This document shows, piece by piece, positions 54,702-64,000 of a stretch of DNA of 64,000 nucleotides. The first letter of the stretch is position 1; the number at the start of each line of letters is the position of its first letter. Made by a program: the position numbers and the translations under genes. The notes under the pieces are model-generated. The model had not been told where the DNA came from. It was given only the letters and a program-made list of their open reading frames with translations, and ran no database searches. The stretch is from Nitrospinales bacterium. Its GTDB lineage: Bacteria; Nitrospinota; Nitrospinia; Nitrospinales; VA-1. The stretch lies in contig OZ253496.1 of NCBI GenBank assembly GCA_965262115.1, positions 928,001-992,000 on the forward strand, written 5' to 3'.

Positions 54702-55190
54702 TTAGATACGCTCCGTATTGCCCAGAATGTTGACACGGAACTGGTTCGGCTCGGGGTACACCAATAGATCCTGTTTCTCCGCAATATAATTATCGCGGTC
54801 ATAATCCGCCAGCTCATAATGCTCACGCAATACCACAGCATCTACCGGACAGGCCTCCTCACAGTACCCGCAGTAGATACAACGCAGGAGATTGATCTCA
54901 TAAACCTCTGCGTAGCGCTCGCCCTTGGAAACTGGATTATCCGGATCGTTCTCCGCCGAAACCACATGAATGCACCCCACCGGGCAATTGATAGAGCACA
55001 AAGAGCATCCTATACACTTTTCCAGCCCGTCTTCATCGCGGTTCAGGAAATGTCTCCCCCGATAACGCTTGGGCATGGTTCGCTTGACTTCAGGATACTG
55101 CAGGGTGACCGGCGTGGTCAGCATATTCCGGAACGTGACCCCCATTCCGATCAATAGATTTTTTATTCCATCAAAAGTTGCTTGCAACAT
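54702..55190 (-). CDS. nuoI: NADH-quinone oxidoreductase subunit I
   Basis: Two CxxCxxCxxxCP motifs; YRGRH. Confidence 0.96.
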   Translation of the reverse strand: MLQATFDGIKNLLIGMGVTFRNMLTTPVTLQYPEVKRTMPKRYRGRHFLNRDEDGLEKCIGCSLCSINCPVGCIHVVSAENDPDNPVSKGERYAEVYEINLLRCIYCGYCEEACPVDAVVLREHYELADYDRDNYIAEKQDLLVYPEPNQFRVNILGNTERI

Positions 55191-55201
55191 AGCTCATCCC
55201 C

Positions 55202-56254
55202 TCAGGGAAACCAGATCACCTTCACCGTGCTGGTGACCATAAGATTCAACAAACATAATGGCAGTAAAATTTTCCAACCAAACGTCATCAACCGGTCATA
55301 ACGAATACGGGGAAACGTCGACCGCAACCAGATGAACACACACAGCAGAAAAAATACTTTAGCGGCAAATGACACAATCGGCCAAACAGGCAGGCCATAA
55401 GCGTTCCATCCACCGAGAAACAAAAGCGTCACCAACGCGCTCATGGTCACCATATTGATGTACTCGCCCATGAAGAACATGGCAAACTTCATGCCTGTAT
55501 ATTCCGTATGAAAACCGGCCACCAGTTCCTGCTCGGCTTCAGGCAAGTCAAAAGGAGCCCGGTTGGTCTCCGCAATACCGGCAATAAAAAATAATAAAAA
55601 GGCCAACGGCTGAACAAGAATAAATGGATAAGTTTCCTGAGCCCGGACCATATCCACCAGACTCAGAGAACCGGTGAGCATGATGATACTCAACGCCGAA
55701 AGCCCCAGCGTCAACTCATAACTGATCATCTGGGCAGAAGAACGCAGGCCGCCCATCAACGAATATTTATTATTCGATGATAATCCGGCAAGAACCATTC
55801 CATAAATACCCATGCCTGAAATCGCGAACACGAATAAAATTCCGCTGTTCACATTGGCTCCCCACATATCGATGGTCTGGCCGAACACCTCGAAAGGCTC
55901 GCCAAAAGGAATCACCGCAAACGCAGCAATCGCAGTGATCACAACCACAGCCGGAGCGAGGTGAAACAAAAACTTATCCGCCGAAGATTGAATGATGGAT
56001 TCCTTGAACAACAACTTCACCGTATCCGCCATCGGCTGGCCAAGACCAAAAGGCCCGACCCGATTCGGACCCAGGCGCACCTGAAACCGGCCCATCAAAC
56101 GTCGTTCCAGCCAAACTAATGCGGGGACTACAGACATAATAGCTACCGCAATGACCACGGCCTTGACACTGCCCACGATCAGGGGAATATTCTCGTTCAG
56201 AAATAGAACAATGAAATCCCAGGTATTATTTAAAATTTCAGTGCTCCAGTCCAA
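55202..56254 (-). CDS. nuoH: NADH-quinone oxidoreductase subunit H
   Basis: ERR..G..Q.R.GPN and AETNRAPFDLPEAEQELVAG. Confidence 0.96.
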   Translation of the reverse strand: MDWSTEILNNTWDFIVLFLNENIPLIVGSVKAVVIAVAIMSVVPALVWLERRLMGRFQVRLGPNRVGPFGLGQPMADTVKLLFKESIIQSSADKFLFHLAPAVVVITAIAAFAVIPFGEPFEVFGQTIDMWGANVNSGILFVFAISGMGIYGMVLAGLSSNNKYSLMGGLRSSAQMISYELTLGLSALSIIMLTGSLSLVDMVRAQETYPFILVQPLAFLLFFIAGIAETNRAPFDLPEAEQELVAGFHTEYTGMKFAMFFMGEYINMVTMSALVTLLFLGGWNAYGLPVWPIVSFAAKVFFLLCVFIWLRSTFPRIRYDRLMTFGWKILLPLCLLNLMVTSTVKVIWFP

Positions 56255-56295
56255 ACTCCAACCACTCCAAAAATATTTACCGTTTTAAAATAAAT

Positions 56296-58797
56296 TTAAA
56301 CTTTTCTAACTTCCACCCATGCCGGGCCGCCATCTGCACCGATCAAGCCATTCACTCCCTGCCAATCTGAAGCCATGGGCACCACCACACCGCCGGATTG
56401 GCAACGATTGTTGACACTCGCAGTGGCTTCCAGCATGACATCTTGAGCGGAAAGCAGAACCGTGTCGCCATCCCGAATACCGAGTTTCCTGGCGTCTTTC
56501 TCATTCAAATGCGCGGTGGAAGGCAAAAAGTGATGTGCCAGTTTCGAGGAGGCATCAAGAATTTTGTCATGCGAAAAGAGGAACGTGGCCACACGAAGCC
56601 GGAGGTTTCCGTTTTTTCCTGAACCAGCCGACTGTTCAGCAACCGCTTCATCGACCGAAGTGACAGGTTCCCGGTCACACCCGGTTTTGCCCAACGACCT
56701 TCTGCTGATCTCCTGATAGCCCAGAACTTTTTGGGCAATCTCATCGGTCACATCCAAAACCTTTTGGTAGTCGGTTTCATCTCCCAGAGCATTGAGCATC
56801 AGGTTGATGATTTTCCAGTCCGGAGCCTGGGCCGTTTCCAACGCTTTTTTTCTAGCTTGCACCCTGCCGCCAATATTAGTGGTGGTACCTTCATCATAAC
56901 CAGGACCGTTTGAAGGCAGAACGAGATGCGCAAGTTCAGTCGTTTCAGTTTCCAGCATGTCATGCACCACCAGAAGATCCAGCTTTCTCAAGGCATCCGC
57001 AACCCGCGGCCTTCCGGGAAAATCAATCACTGGATTAGAACGGTGAACTAGCAGAGCTTTCAATTCTCCCGCCTCGGCACGAGCAATCATTTCCAACGCA
57101 GAAAAGCCTTTGGTGGTCGGGGCATTTTCTCCCCATTGTTTTTTTATTTCGTCCTGGTTGGTCACTGGCACTCCACCCGGATAAAAATCGGGAAGCAGTC
57201 CCATATCCATGGCCCCTACTGCATTGGTCATCGGAGCCACAGGAATGGCACCGCATTCCATGGTCGGAACTTTGGCGATCAATTTCAGCAGACGCTTGAC
57301 CCGCGAAACCCCATCTCCGGAAAGAGCCGATGGATTGTACACCACGCAGATTTTCATGCTGGAGCGCACTGTCTCGACCAACGTCTTCATATCTTCCGCA
57401 GAAATTCCAGTTTGACCGGCATCTTTAGCTGGCGCGGGTTCTCCCAACTCCCGAGCCAGGCCATTGGCCAAAGCATCGATGGCCAAAGCTTCAGAACCCA
57501 CCTTGTATTGCACCGATTGAGAAGAGTACCTGTCCAGCGCAATTTTTTGATCATTCAGACTCACCAGCCTCGTACCACAATTGGTCACCGCTTTTTTGAT
57601 GCGCAAATCGAGAACAGGCAATTCTTCCGTTGGGTCACTGGCGATCAACAACACCACGTTAGCGGTTTCAATCTGCTCGACCCCGTAATGGTCGACCGGA
57701 AGACCCGGTGTATCCTGATAAGACTTATGGTCTATATTGTTTGAACCCAGGCTCTGGCGGAATAATTTCTGGTAAAGATAATTTTCCTCGTTGGTGGTGT
57801 AAGGAGACCCGATGAACCCAACGCTTTCGGGTCCGTGCTCTTCGGCGATTTTTTTAAAGGCTTCGGCCACCTTACCAGCCGCATCCTGAATGGTGCAGTC
57901 ATGAGGAAAAACCGGAAAGGAAGTCGGCTTGCCACCGCCCACACTGTTTTCCCGGACAGTGGTGATTTTATTTTTACTGTGCACAAACTGGTGGCCCCAT
58001 CGGCCCTTATCGCAAATCCAGCCATCGTCCACCGCGTCATTGGGACGCGCCTCAATACGCATGAGTTCATTCAGCCTGGTGCCCATCGTGATATTGCAGT
58101 TGCAACCGCAATGGGCACAAAGCGTTTCCGTGTTGGTCAAATCCCAGGTCCTGGCCTTAAAACGAAAGTCCGTGTTGGTCAACGCACCAACCGGACAAAT
58201 ATCTATGACATTCCCGGAGAAGCGGTTGTTGTAAGGTTCATTATTAAATGTGCCGACCTCGTTATAAAAACCACGGTTCAGCATGACCAGTCCCTGGTCT
58301 TGTTCAATTCGCTCGCTATAAGCGGTGCACCGCTGGCAGGCAATACAACGCTCCCGGTCAATGGTGATAACCGGGCTGAGCGGAGTCGCCTTGGCGTTGT
58401 TAGCCCGGTGAAACTCCATGCGGGTATCCGGCGGACCGTACTTGAAGGTGTTGTCCTGCAAAGGACACTCGCCGCCCTTATCACAAACCGGGCAATCGAG
58501 GGGATGATTGAGCAACGTAAACTCCAGAACGCCCTTCTGTGCTTTTTCCACCTTGTCGGTGGTGGTCTTGACCACCATATCCGGCATCACATCCATCGTA
58601 CAGGCAGTCATCAGTTTCGGCATCTTCTCGACTTCCACCAGACACATCCGGCAACAGCCGAGCGGGCCGATCTTCTCGTGATAGCAGAAAACAGGGATGT
58701 CTACATCAACCTCTCTGGCCGCATCCACCACCTTGGTGCCCTTGGGAACCGTCACCGATTTCCCATCAATCGTTAAAGTTACTTCATTGTCAGACAT
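56296..58797 (-). CDS. nuoG: NADH-quinone oxidoreductase subunit G (includes N7-type Cys motif)
   Basis: CRMCLVE, HPLDCPVCDKGGEC, CIACQRC and CAHCGCNC..ICDKGR. Confidence 0.95.
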   Translation of the reverse strand: MSDNEVTLTIDGKSVTVPKGTKVVDAAREVDVDIPVFCYHEKIGPLGCCRMCLVEVEKMPKLMTACTMDVMPDMVVKTTTDKVEKAQKGVLEFTLLNHPLDCPVCDKGGECPLQDNTFKYGPPDTRMEFHRANNAKATPLSPVITIDRERCIACQRCTAYSERIEQDQGLVMLNRGFYNEVGTFNNEPYNNRFSGNVIDICPVGALTNTDFRFKARTWDLTNTETLCAHCGCNCNITMGTRLNELMRIEARPNDAVDDGWICDKGRWGHQFVHSKNKITTVRENSVGGGKPTSFPVFPHDCTIQDAAGKVAEAFKKIAEEHGPESVGFIGSPYTTNEENYLYQKLFRQSLGSNNIDHKSYQDTPGLPVDHYGVEQIETANVVLLIASDPTEELPVLDLRIKKAVTNCGTRLVSLNDQKIALDRYSSQSVQYKVGSEALAIDALANGLARELGEPAPAKDAGQTGISAEDMKTLVETVRSSMKICVVYNPSALSGDGVSRVKRLLKLIAKVPTMECGAIPVAPMTNAVGAMDMGLLPDFYPGGVPVTNQDEIKKQWGENAPTTKGFSALEMIARAEAGELKALLVHRSNPVIDFPGRPRVADALRKLDLLVVHDMLETETTELAHLVLPSNGPGYDEGTTTNIGGRVQARKKALETAQAPDWKIINLMLNALGDETDYQKVLDVTDEIAQKVLGYQEISRRSLGKTGCDREPVTSVDEAVAEQSAGSGKNGNLRLRVATFLFSHDKILDASSKLAHHFLPSTAHLNEKDARKLGIRDGDTVLLSAQDVMLEATASVNNRCQSGGVVVPMASDWQGVNGLIGADGGPAWVEVRKV

Positions 58798-58804
58798 AAT
58801 TGCC

Positions 58805-60061
58805 TCAAACCGAACCTACCGGTGTGTTCTTAAAATATGCTTCATAATCAGAGCGGAAATATTTGATGCTACTCACAACAGGAGAGACACAAGCATCGGC
58901 CAGCGGACAAAACGTTTTCATTGCCATGTTGTCGCAAATATCTTCCATCTTTTCGATGTAATCCAGTTGCCCCTTGTTCTGCATGATCCGCTCAACGATC
59001 TGGTAGAGCCAGCGGGTGCCTTCCCGACATGGCGTACATTTGCCACACGACTCATGCATATAAAAGCTGATCAACCGCAACGTGGATTCAACAATATTGA
59101 CGCTATCATCAATAACGATCATAGCACCTGAACCCAGCATGGTGCCTGCCGCCGCCAGCGATTCATAATCGTATAAGACGTCTACCTGGTCGGCAGGAAG
59201 CATGGGGACCGATGAGCCGCCGGGTATAAATGCTTTCAGATTGTTATCATCACGGATTCCGCCAGCAAGATCATAAATGATTTCCCTGATCGGAGTGCCC
59301 AGCACCACTTCATAGTTTCCGGGTTTTTTCACATGCCCGGAAACACTGACCAACTTGGTGCCCTTGCTTTTTTCAGTTCCCATTGAGGCATATTTTTCAG
59401 CGCCTTCGTTGACAATATAAGGAATCACGCACAGGGTTTCGACATTGTTGATAACTGTTGGCTTGGCATACAAACCTTCTACAGCTGGAAAAGGAGGTTT
59501 CATTCTCGGTTCACCGCGCTCTCCTTCAAGGGAATTCAGGAGGGCCGATTCCTCACCACAGATATAGGCCCCGGCACCAAGATGGGTATAAATATCTAAA
59601 TTGAACCCGGTTCCTTGAATATTTTTACCCAAATACCTTTTGGCGTAAGCGTCTTCTATGGCTTTTCCCATGTTGAAGATCAAATCATGGAATTCCCCAC
59701 GCATATAAATGTATCCAATTTCGACCCGGCAGGCATAGGAGCAGAGGATCATGCCTTCAATTAAACTATGCGGATTTTTAAGCATGAGTTCCCGGTCTTT
59801 ACAGGTTCCCGGTTCCGACTCATCGGCGTTGCAACAGAGATAACGGGGAAACACATCCTTGGCGAGAAAACTCCATTTTAATCCTGTCGGGAAACCCGCA
59901 CCGCCGCGCCCACGCAACCCAGAAGCTTTGACCGCCTCAACAATCTCTTCCGGTTTCTGGGCGAAGGCTTTCTTTAAGGCCTGGTAACCACCCTGCTCTT
60001 CGTAGACCTTCATAGTATGAAGGTCTTTCATATTTATATTTTTAAAAAGAATCTGTGTCAT
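58805..60061 (-). CDS. nuoF: NADH-quinone oxidoreductase subunit F
   Basis: GRGGAGFPTG, ADESEPG, GAYICGEE and SCGKCTPCREG; ATG at 60061. Confidence 0.96.
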   Translation of the reverse strand: MTQILFKNINMKDLHTMKVYEEQGGYQALKKAFAQKPEEIVEAVKASGLRGRGGAGFPTGLKWSFLAKDVFPRYLCCNADESEPGTCKDRELMLKNPHSLIEGMILCSYACRVEIGYIYMRGEFHDLIFNMGKAIEDAYAKRYLGKNIQGTGFNLDIYTHLGAGAYICGEESALLNSLEGERGEPRMKPPFPAVEGLYAKPTVINNVETLCVIPYIVNEGAEKYASMGTEKSKGTKLVSVSGHVKKPGNYEVVLGTPIREIIYDLAGGIRDDNNLKAFIPGGSSVPMLPADQVDVLYDYESLAAAGTMLGSGAMIVIDDSVNIVESTLRLISFYMHESCGKCTPCREGTRWLYQIVERIMQNKGQLDYIEKMEDICDNMAMKTFCPLADACVSPVVSSIKYFRSDYEAYFKNTPVGSV

Positions 60062-60063
60062 CG

Positions 60064-60540
60064 TCAGTCCAAAGAATCGAGAATTTGGTCGATGCGCTGC
60101 TCGGTCAAATCCCCATAATAAGTGTCGTTGATCCGCATCATCGGCGCGTTCGTACAATCTGCTAGGCATTCTTCTCGATGCAGGGTGAACTTTTCATCCG
60201 ATGTGGTTTCGCCCACCTTGATATTAAGTTTCTTGGCCGTGTGCTCAAGCAGTTTGTCGCAACCGTTCAACTGGCAACTGATGTTGATGCAGAAAAGAAT
60301 CATGTATTTCCCGACCTTCTCGGCGTGATACATCGTGTAAAACGACATGACCGACTGCACATAGGCCGGCGAGCAATCCAGCTTTTCACTGATCGCCACC
60401 ATGGCCTCCGGCGAGATCGCTCTCTCAGCCCGCTGGACCAGAGTCAGCAAAGGCAACATCGCCGACTTCTTAAAAGGATATTTGGATAAAATACCCGTAA
60501 TTTCCTTTTCCTGCTTTTCAGAAAACGTGAATCCAGACAT
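60064..60540 (-). CDS. nuoE: NADH-quinone oxidoreductase subunit E
   Basis: SFYTMY, CxxxxC and ECLADC..AP. Confidence 0.95.
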   Translation of the reverse strand: MSGFTFSEKQEKEITGILSKYPFKKSAMLPLLTLVQRAERAISPEAMVAISEKLDCSPAYVQSVMSFYTMYHAEKVGKYMILFCINISCQLNGCDKLLEHTAKKLNIKVGETTSDEKFTLHREECLADCTNAPMMRINDTYYGDLTEQRIDQILDSLD

Positions 60541-60565
60541 TAACAAATTTTCCCTATAAAATTCT

Positions 60566-60719
60566 ACGGAGAACCTCCGCTGGCAAGTGCAATATCCTTA
60601 CCCTGCGAACAAACATTCTCTCGGCTCAATGAGCCATTGAATGAGCAAAGCCTTTTAAAGCTGAGATAAACTTTTGCCAGCCCAATAAAACTATTGCATG
60701 CTGGCCCCACGCCTAGTGG
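60566..60719 (-). repeat. Modular palindromic repeat between nuoD and nuoE
   Basis: Minus strand reads CCACTAGGCGTGGGGC..GCAATAG..TCTCAGC, then CAATGGCTCATTGAGCCGAGA..TTGC..GCGGAGGTTCTCCGT, matching the tandem unit at 5534. Confidence 0.85.
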
Positions 60720-61919
60720 TTAGCGGTCGACTTCACCCATAACAATATCGATGCTGCCAATGATACTCACCACATCGGCGATATAACAACCTTCCATCAC
60801 TTTACACATGCCGGGTATCGCCATGAACGAAGGCGCTCGCAGCTTGACCCGGTAAGGAACATTGGTACCGTCACTGACGATATAAAACCCCACTTCACCT
60901 CTTGCTCCTTCGATGGGCACATAGGTTTCGCCTTTCGGGACGCTGATCCCCTCGGACACCAGCTTGAAATGATGGATCAATGCTTCCATACTGGTATGTA
61001 AGGTTTCCCGATCAGGTAAAGAGACTTTGTTGTCCGGCGTTTTATAATCGCCGCCCGGCAGTCTTTCCATAGCTTGCTTGATGATGGCCCGGCTCTGACG
61101 CATTTCTTCAACCCGCACGCGGTAGCGATCGTAAATATCCCCGTTGGTTTGTATGGGGACATCGAAACTATAATTGTCGTAACCGCTGTAGGGTTGGGAT
61201 TTGCGAATATCCCAGTTCACTCCGGAGGCTCTCAATGCTGGCCCGCTCAAACTCCAGTTGATCGCTTCTTCCCGGGTGAACACACCGATTCCCTCAGTTC
61301 GATCCAGCCAGATCGGGTTTCTCGTCAGCAACCTTTCATACTCATCCACCTTGGCGGGGAAATAATCGAGGAAATCGCGGATGCCATCCAGCCAGGGTCG
61401 GGTCGCATCTTTCGCCACGCCACCAACACGAATATAACTGGTCATCATGCGTACGCCGGAAACCTCTTCATTCAGATCGAGGATCATCTCGCGCTCGCGC
61501 CAGCAATAGAGGAAAACTGTCATGGCCCCAATGTCCAAGGCATGCGTGCCCAGCCAAACCAGATGGCTGGCGATGCGGGACAACTCGCACATGATGACCC
61601 TGAGTGCGTTAGCCCGTTCAGGGATCTCAATGCCCAATAGTTTTTCCGTCGACAGGCAGAAGGCCAGATTGTTTCCCGGCGGATTGAGGTAGTCCAATCG
61701 GTCGGTCATTGGGATGACGTGAACGTATCTTTTATTTTCGCAGTTTTTTTCGATGCCCGTGTGCAGATAGCCGATTTCCGGCTCGGCAGTCTTTACCACC
61801 TCACCATCCATTTCAAGGATGACGCGGAAGACCCCGTGGGTGCTCGGGTGCTGGGGACCCATGTTCAGGGTCATCGTATCTTTATCGCGCTCCAGCAGTC
61901 CTTGTTCAGTTACGCTCAC
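60720..61919 (-). CDS. nuoD: NADH-quinone oxidoreductase subunit D
   Basis: NMGPQHPSTHGV, DRLDY and C-terminal GEVDR. Confidence 0.97.
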   Translation of the reverse strand: MSVTEQGLLERDKDTMTLNMGPQHPSTHGVFRVILEMDGEVVKTAEPEIGYLHTGIEKNCENKRYVHVIPMTDRLDYLNPPGNNLAFCLSTEKLLGIEIPERANALRVIMCELSRIASHLVWLGTHALDIGAMTVFLYCWREREMILDLNEEVSGVRMMTSYIRVGGVAKDATRPWLDGIRDFLDYFPAKVDEYERLLTRNPIWLDRTEGIGVFTREEAINWSLSGPALRASGVNWDIRKSQPYSGYDNYSFDVPIQTNGDIYDRYRVRVEEMRQSRAIIKQAMERLPGGDYKTPDNKVSLPDRETLHTSMEALIHHFKLVSEGISVPKGETYVPIEGARGEVGFYIVSDGTNVPYRVKLRAPSFMAIPGMCKVMEGCYIADVVSIIGSIDIVMGEVDR

Positions 61920-61927
61920 GGGTCGCC

Positions 61928-62454
61928 CTAACGAGTCGGTGGTTTCGATTTGACCAGATCACTTTTAAAATCCCGGTTATACGAGAAAGTGACGGTCTCT
62001 GTGGTCAACGGATAATCTTTTCTAAGCGGGTAGCCAGCCCACTCTTTCGGCATGATCAGCCGTTCATTTTTAGGATGCCCTTCGATGTGGATTCCAAACA
62101 TATCAAACAGTTCCTGCTCCGGGTATAACGCTCCCTTCCACAATTCTGAAACGGTGGGCACAGAAGGATTCTCTTCATCTATGCCGACACGGACACGAAT
62201 GGAATGCTGATGGTCGATGGAATAAAGCTGGTAAACCGCTTCGAAGCGAGGATCACGTTCTTCATTGAGATAATCCACCCCGCGCACGTCAGAAAGGTAA
62301 TCGAATTTCAGGGATGGGTCGTCCTTGAGGAAAGCCGCCACCTTTTGCAGGCAGTCGGGAGCCAGGAATATCACTGCATCGCCCTCAGGCAGAGCGGTAT
62401 CCTGGATGACATCGGCAAGGCCGGCTTTCACTTTCTCGACGATTTCCTCACTCG

Positions 62455-62458
<4 letters not shown>
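61928..62458 (-). CDS. nuoC: NADH-quinone oxidoreductase subunit C
   Basis: GVDY, FDMFGI..EGHP and PLRKDYP. Confidence 0.95.
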
Positions 62459-63029
<571 letters not shown>

Positions 63030-63039
<10 letters not shown>

Positions 63040-63383
63040 TCCAAACCTCCCCGTCCCCAAATATAGACGTATGCGATTCCCAGAATGATTATGAAAATGG
63101 CCATTTCCACCAATCCGAACAGTTTGAGTTCGCCGAGAGCTACCGCCCATGGATACATAAACACGACTTCCACATCAAAGATGATGAAAAGCATGGCGAT
63201 GGTGGCAAACCGCACTGGATAACGGCCTTTGGCCTCTTCGGTCGGGATTATACCACACTCATAGGGAAGCATTTTTTGCGGGCTGGGATTGCGCGGACCC
63301 AGCACCGTAGACAATGCCAGCAAGGCTCCCACCACTACAATGGCGACCACTGCGAATAAAGAAATGTAGAAATACTCGGTCAT
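63030..63383 (-). CDS. nuoA: NADH-quinone oxidoreductase subunit A
   Basis: PYECG, FIIFDVE..F.YPWA and GGLEW; ATG at 63383 with GAGG. Confidence 0.96.
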
Positions 63384-63774
63384 TAAGTACCTCAATATTG
63401 GCCTCGGCCAAAAAACCGGGGCCGTTCCTCTGTTAATACCAATCCAGAACACTTGCTGGAAAAACAGAAATCTCGTTTAACAATAATATGTTAGCACTAC
63501 CCTTAAAGATTGGGGAAGCAAACCACTGGAATCGGGATTATATCAGTCTGCCCTACCCTGTCAATAATTGATTTACCGGGAGATACCGGCATTATCCGGG
63601 CCACAATAAAATCCGCAAAACCTTTAATTAAAAGGGCTAACGAGGCTGAAAAACAGGGGCTTGTGATAGTGGAGAGGGGTAGTTGACAAGAGCGGGACAC
63701 ATTGCCTGCAAGGTCATCTGCTAAGTGCGCATTAGGAATGACTCCCCCCAGAAGTGGACAAGGTTGCCGGAAGC

Positions 63775-63954
63775 GCGGCTACGTCTTGCCTCCTCTCCCT
63801 TCATGAGACCTTTGCATAAAGTCATCATTGCGGAAACAGAAATCCCCCCTCCCTTCATAGGGAGGGGTTAGGGGAGGGTTGGATTATGAATTCCGTAAAA
63901 ATAATCCACACCCCTCTGCGGCTACGCCTTGCCTCCCCTCATGAAAGGGGAGGA
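63775..63954. repeat. Second REP-like family (CCCCTC..GAGGGG hairpins)
   Basis: Direct repeat GCGGCTACGYCTTGCCTCC at 63775 and 63918; hairpins CCCCTCCCT-TCAT-AGGGAGGGG and CCTCCCCT-CATGAA-AGGGGAGG. Confidence 0.7.
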
Positions 63955-64000
63955 TCAATCTTTAAAAAAGAATATCGCCTTTCAGCATGATGGCGTGGTC

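Noticed and set aside
57835..58776. 313-aa plus-strand ORF, and similar antisense ORFs at 6570-7307, 22041-22670 and 33790-34428
   Set aside because: They lie fully antisense to well-supported genes and are explained by codon bias.
63503..63700. 65-aa ORF upstream of nuoA
   Set aside because: It has no clear RBS or motif and is probably promoter or leader DNA.

Overview
This is a bacterial chromosomal window of mostly housekeeping genes; gene style tentatively suggests a Nitrospinota-like lineage (inference). It carries an aldehyde dehydrogenase, a CusRS-type two-component system, gatB, uvrB, mreBCD-mrdA, ppiD, a thiD-thiN fusion, glmS with two GlmU-like genes, mtaB, smpB, hisBH, ispA-dxs, nhaD, argDF, tgt, sfsA and a complex I operon nuoA-M with no nuoN after it. 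No rRNA, tRNA, CRISPR array or transposase was seen. The main unexplained signal is a modular palindromic REP/MITE-like repeat family at about 10 intergenic loci. It sits mostly at gene 3' ends, supplies stop codons (three unrelated proteins end in TRRGAN or TGREAN), follows all five His-terminated genes, forms a 3x98-bp tandem array and interrupts the nuo operon twice. Also notable are a split, mosaic GlmU with degenerate catalytic motifs, a Cys-substituted half-ferritin-like gene coupled to the two-component system, and three disrupted genes the ORF track only partly recovers (bcp, a YcgR/PilZ protein, a DUF62 protein).
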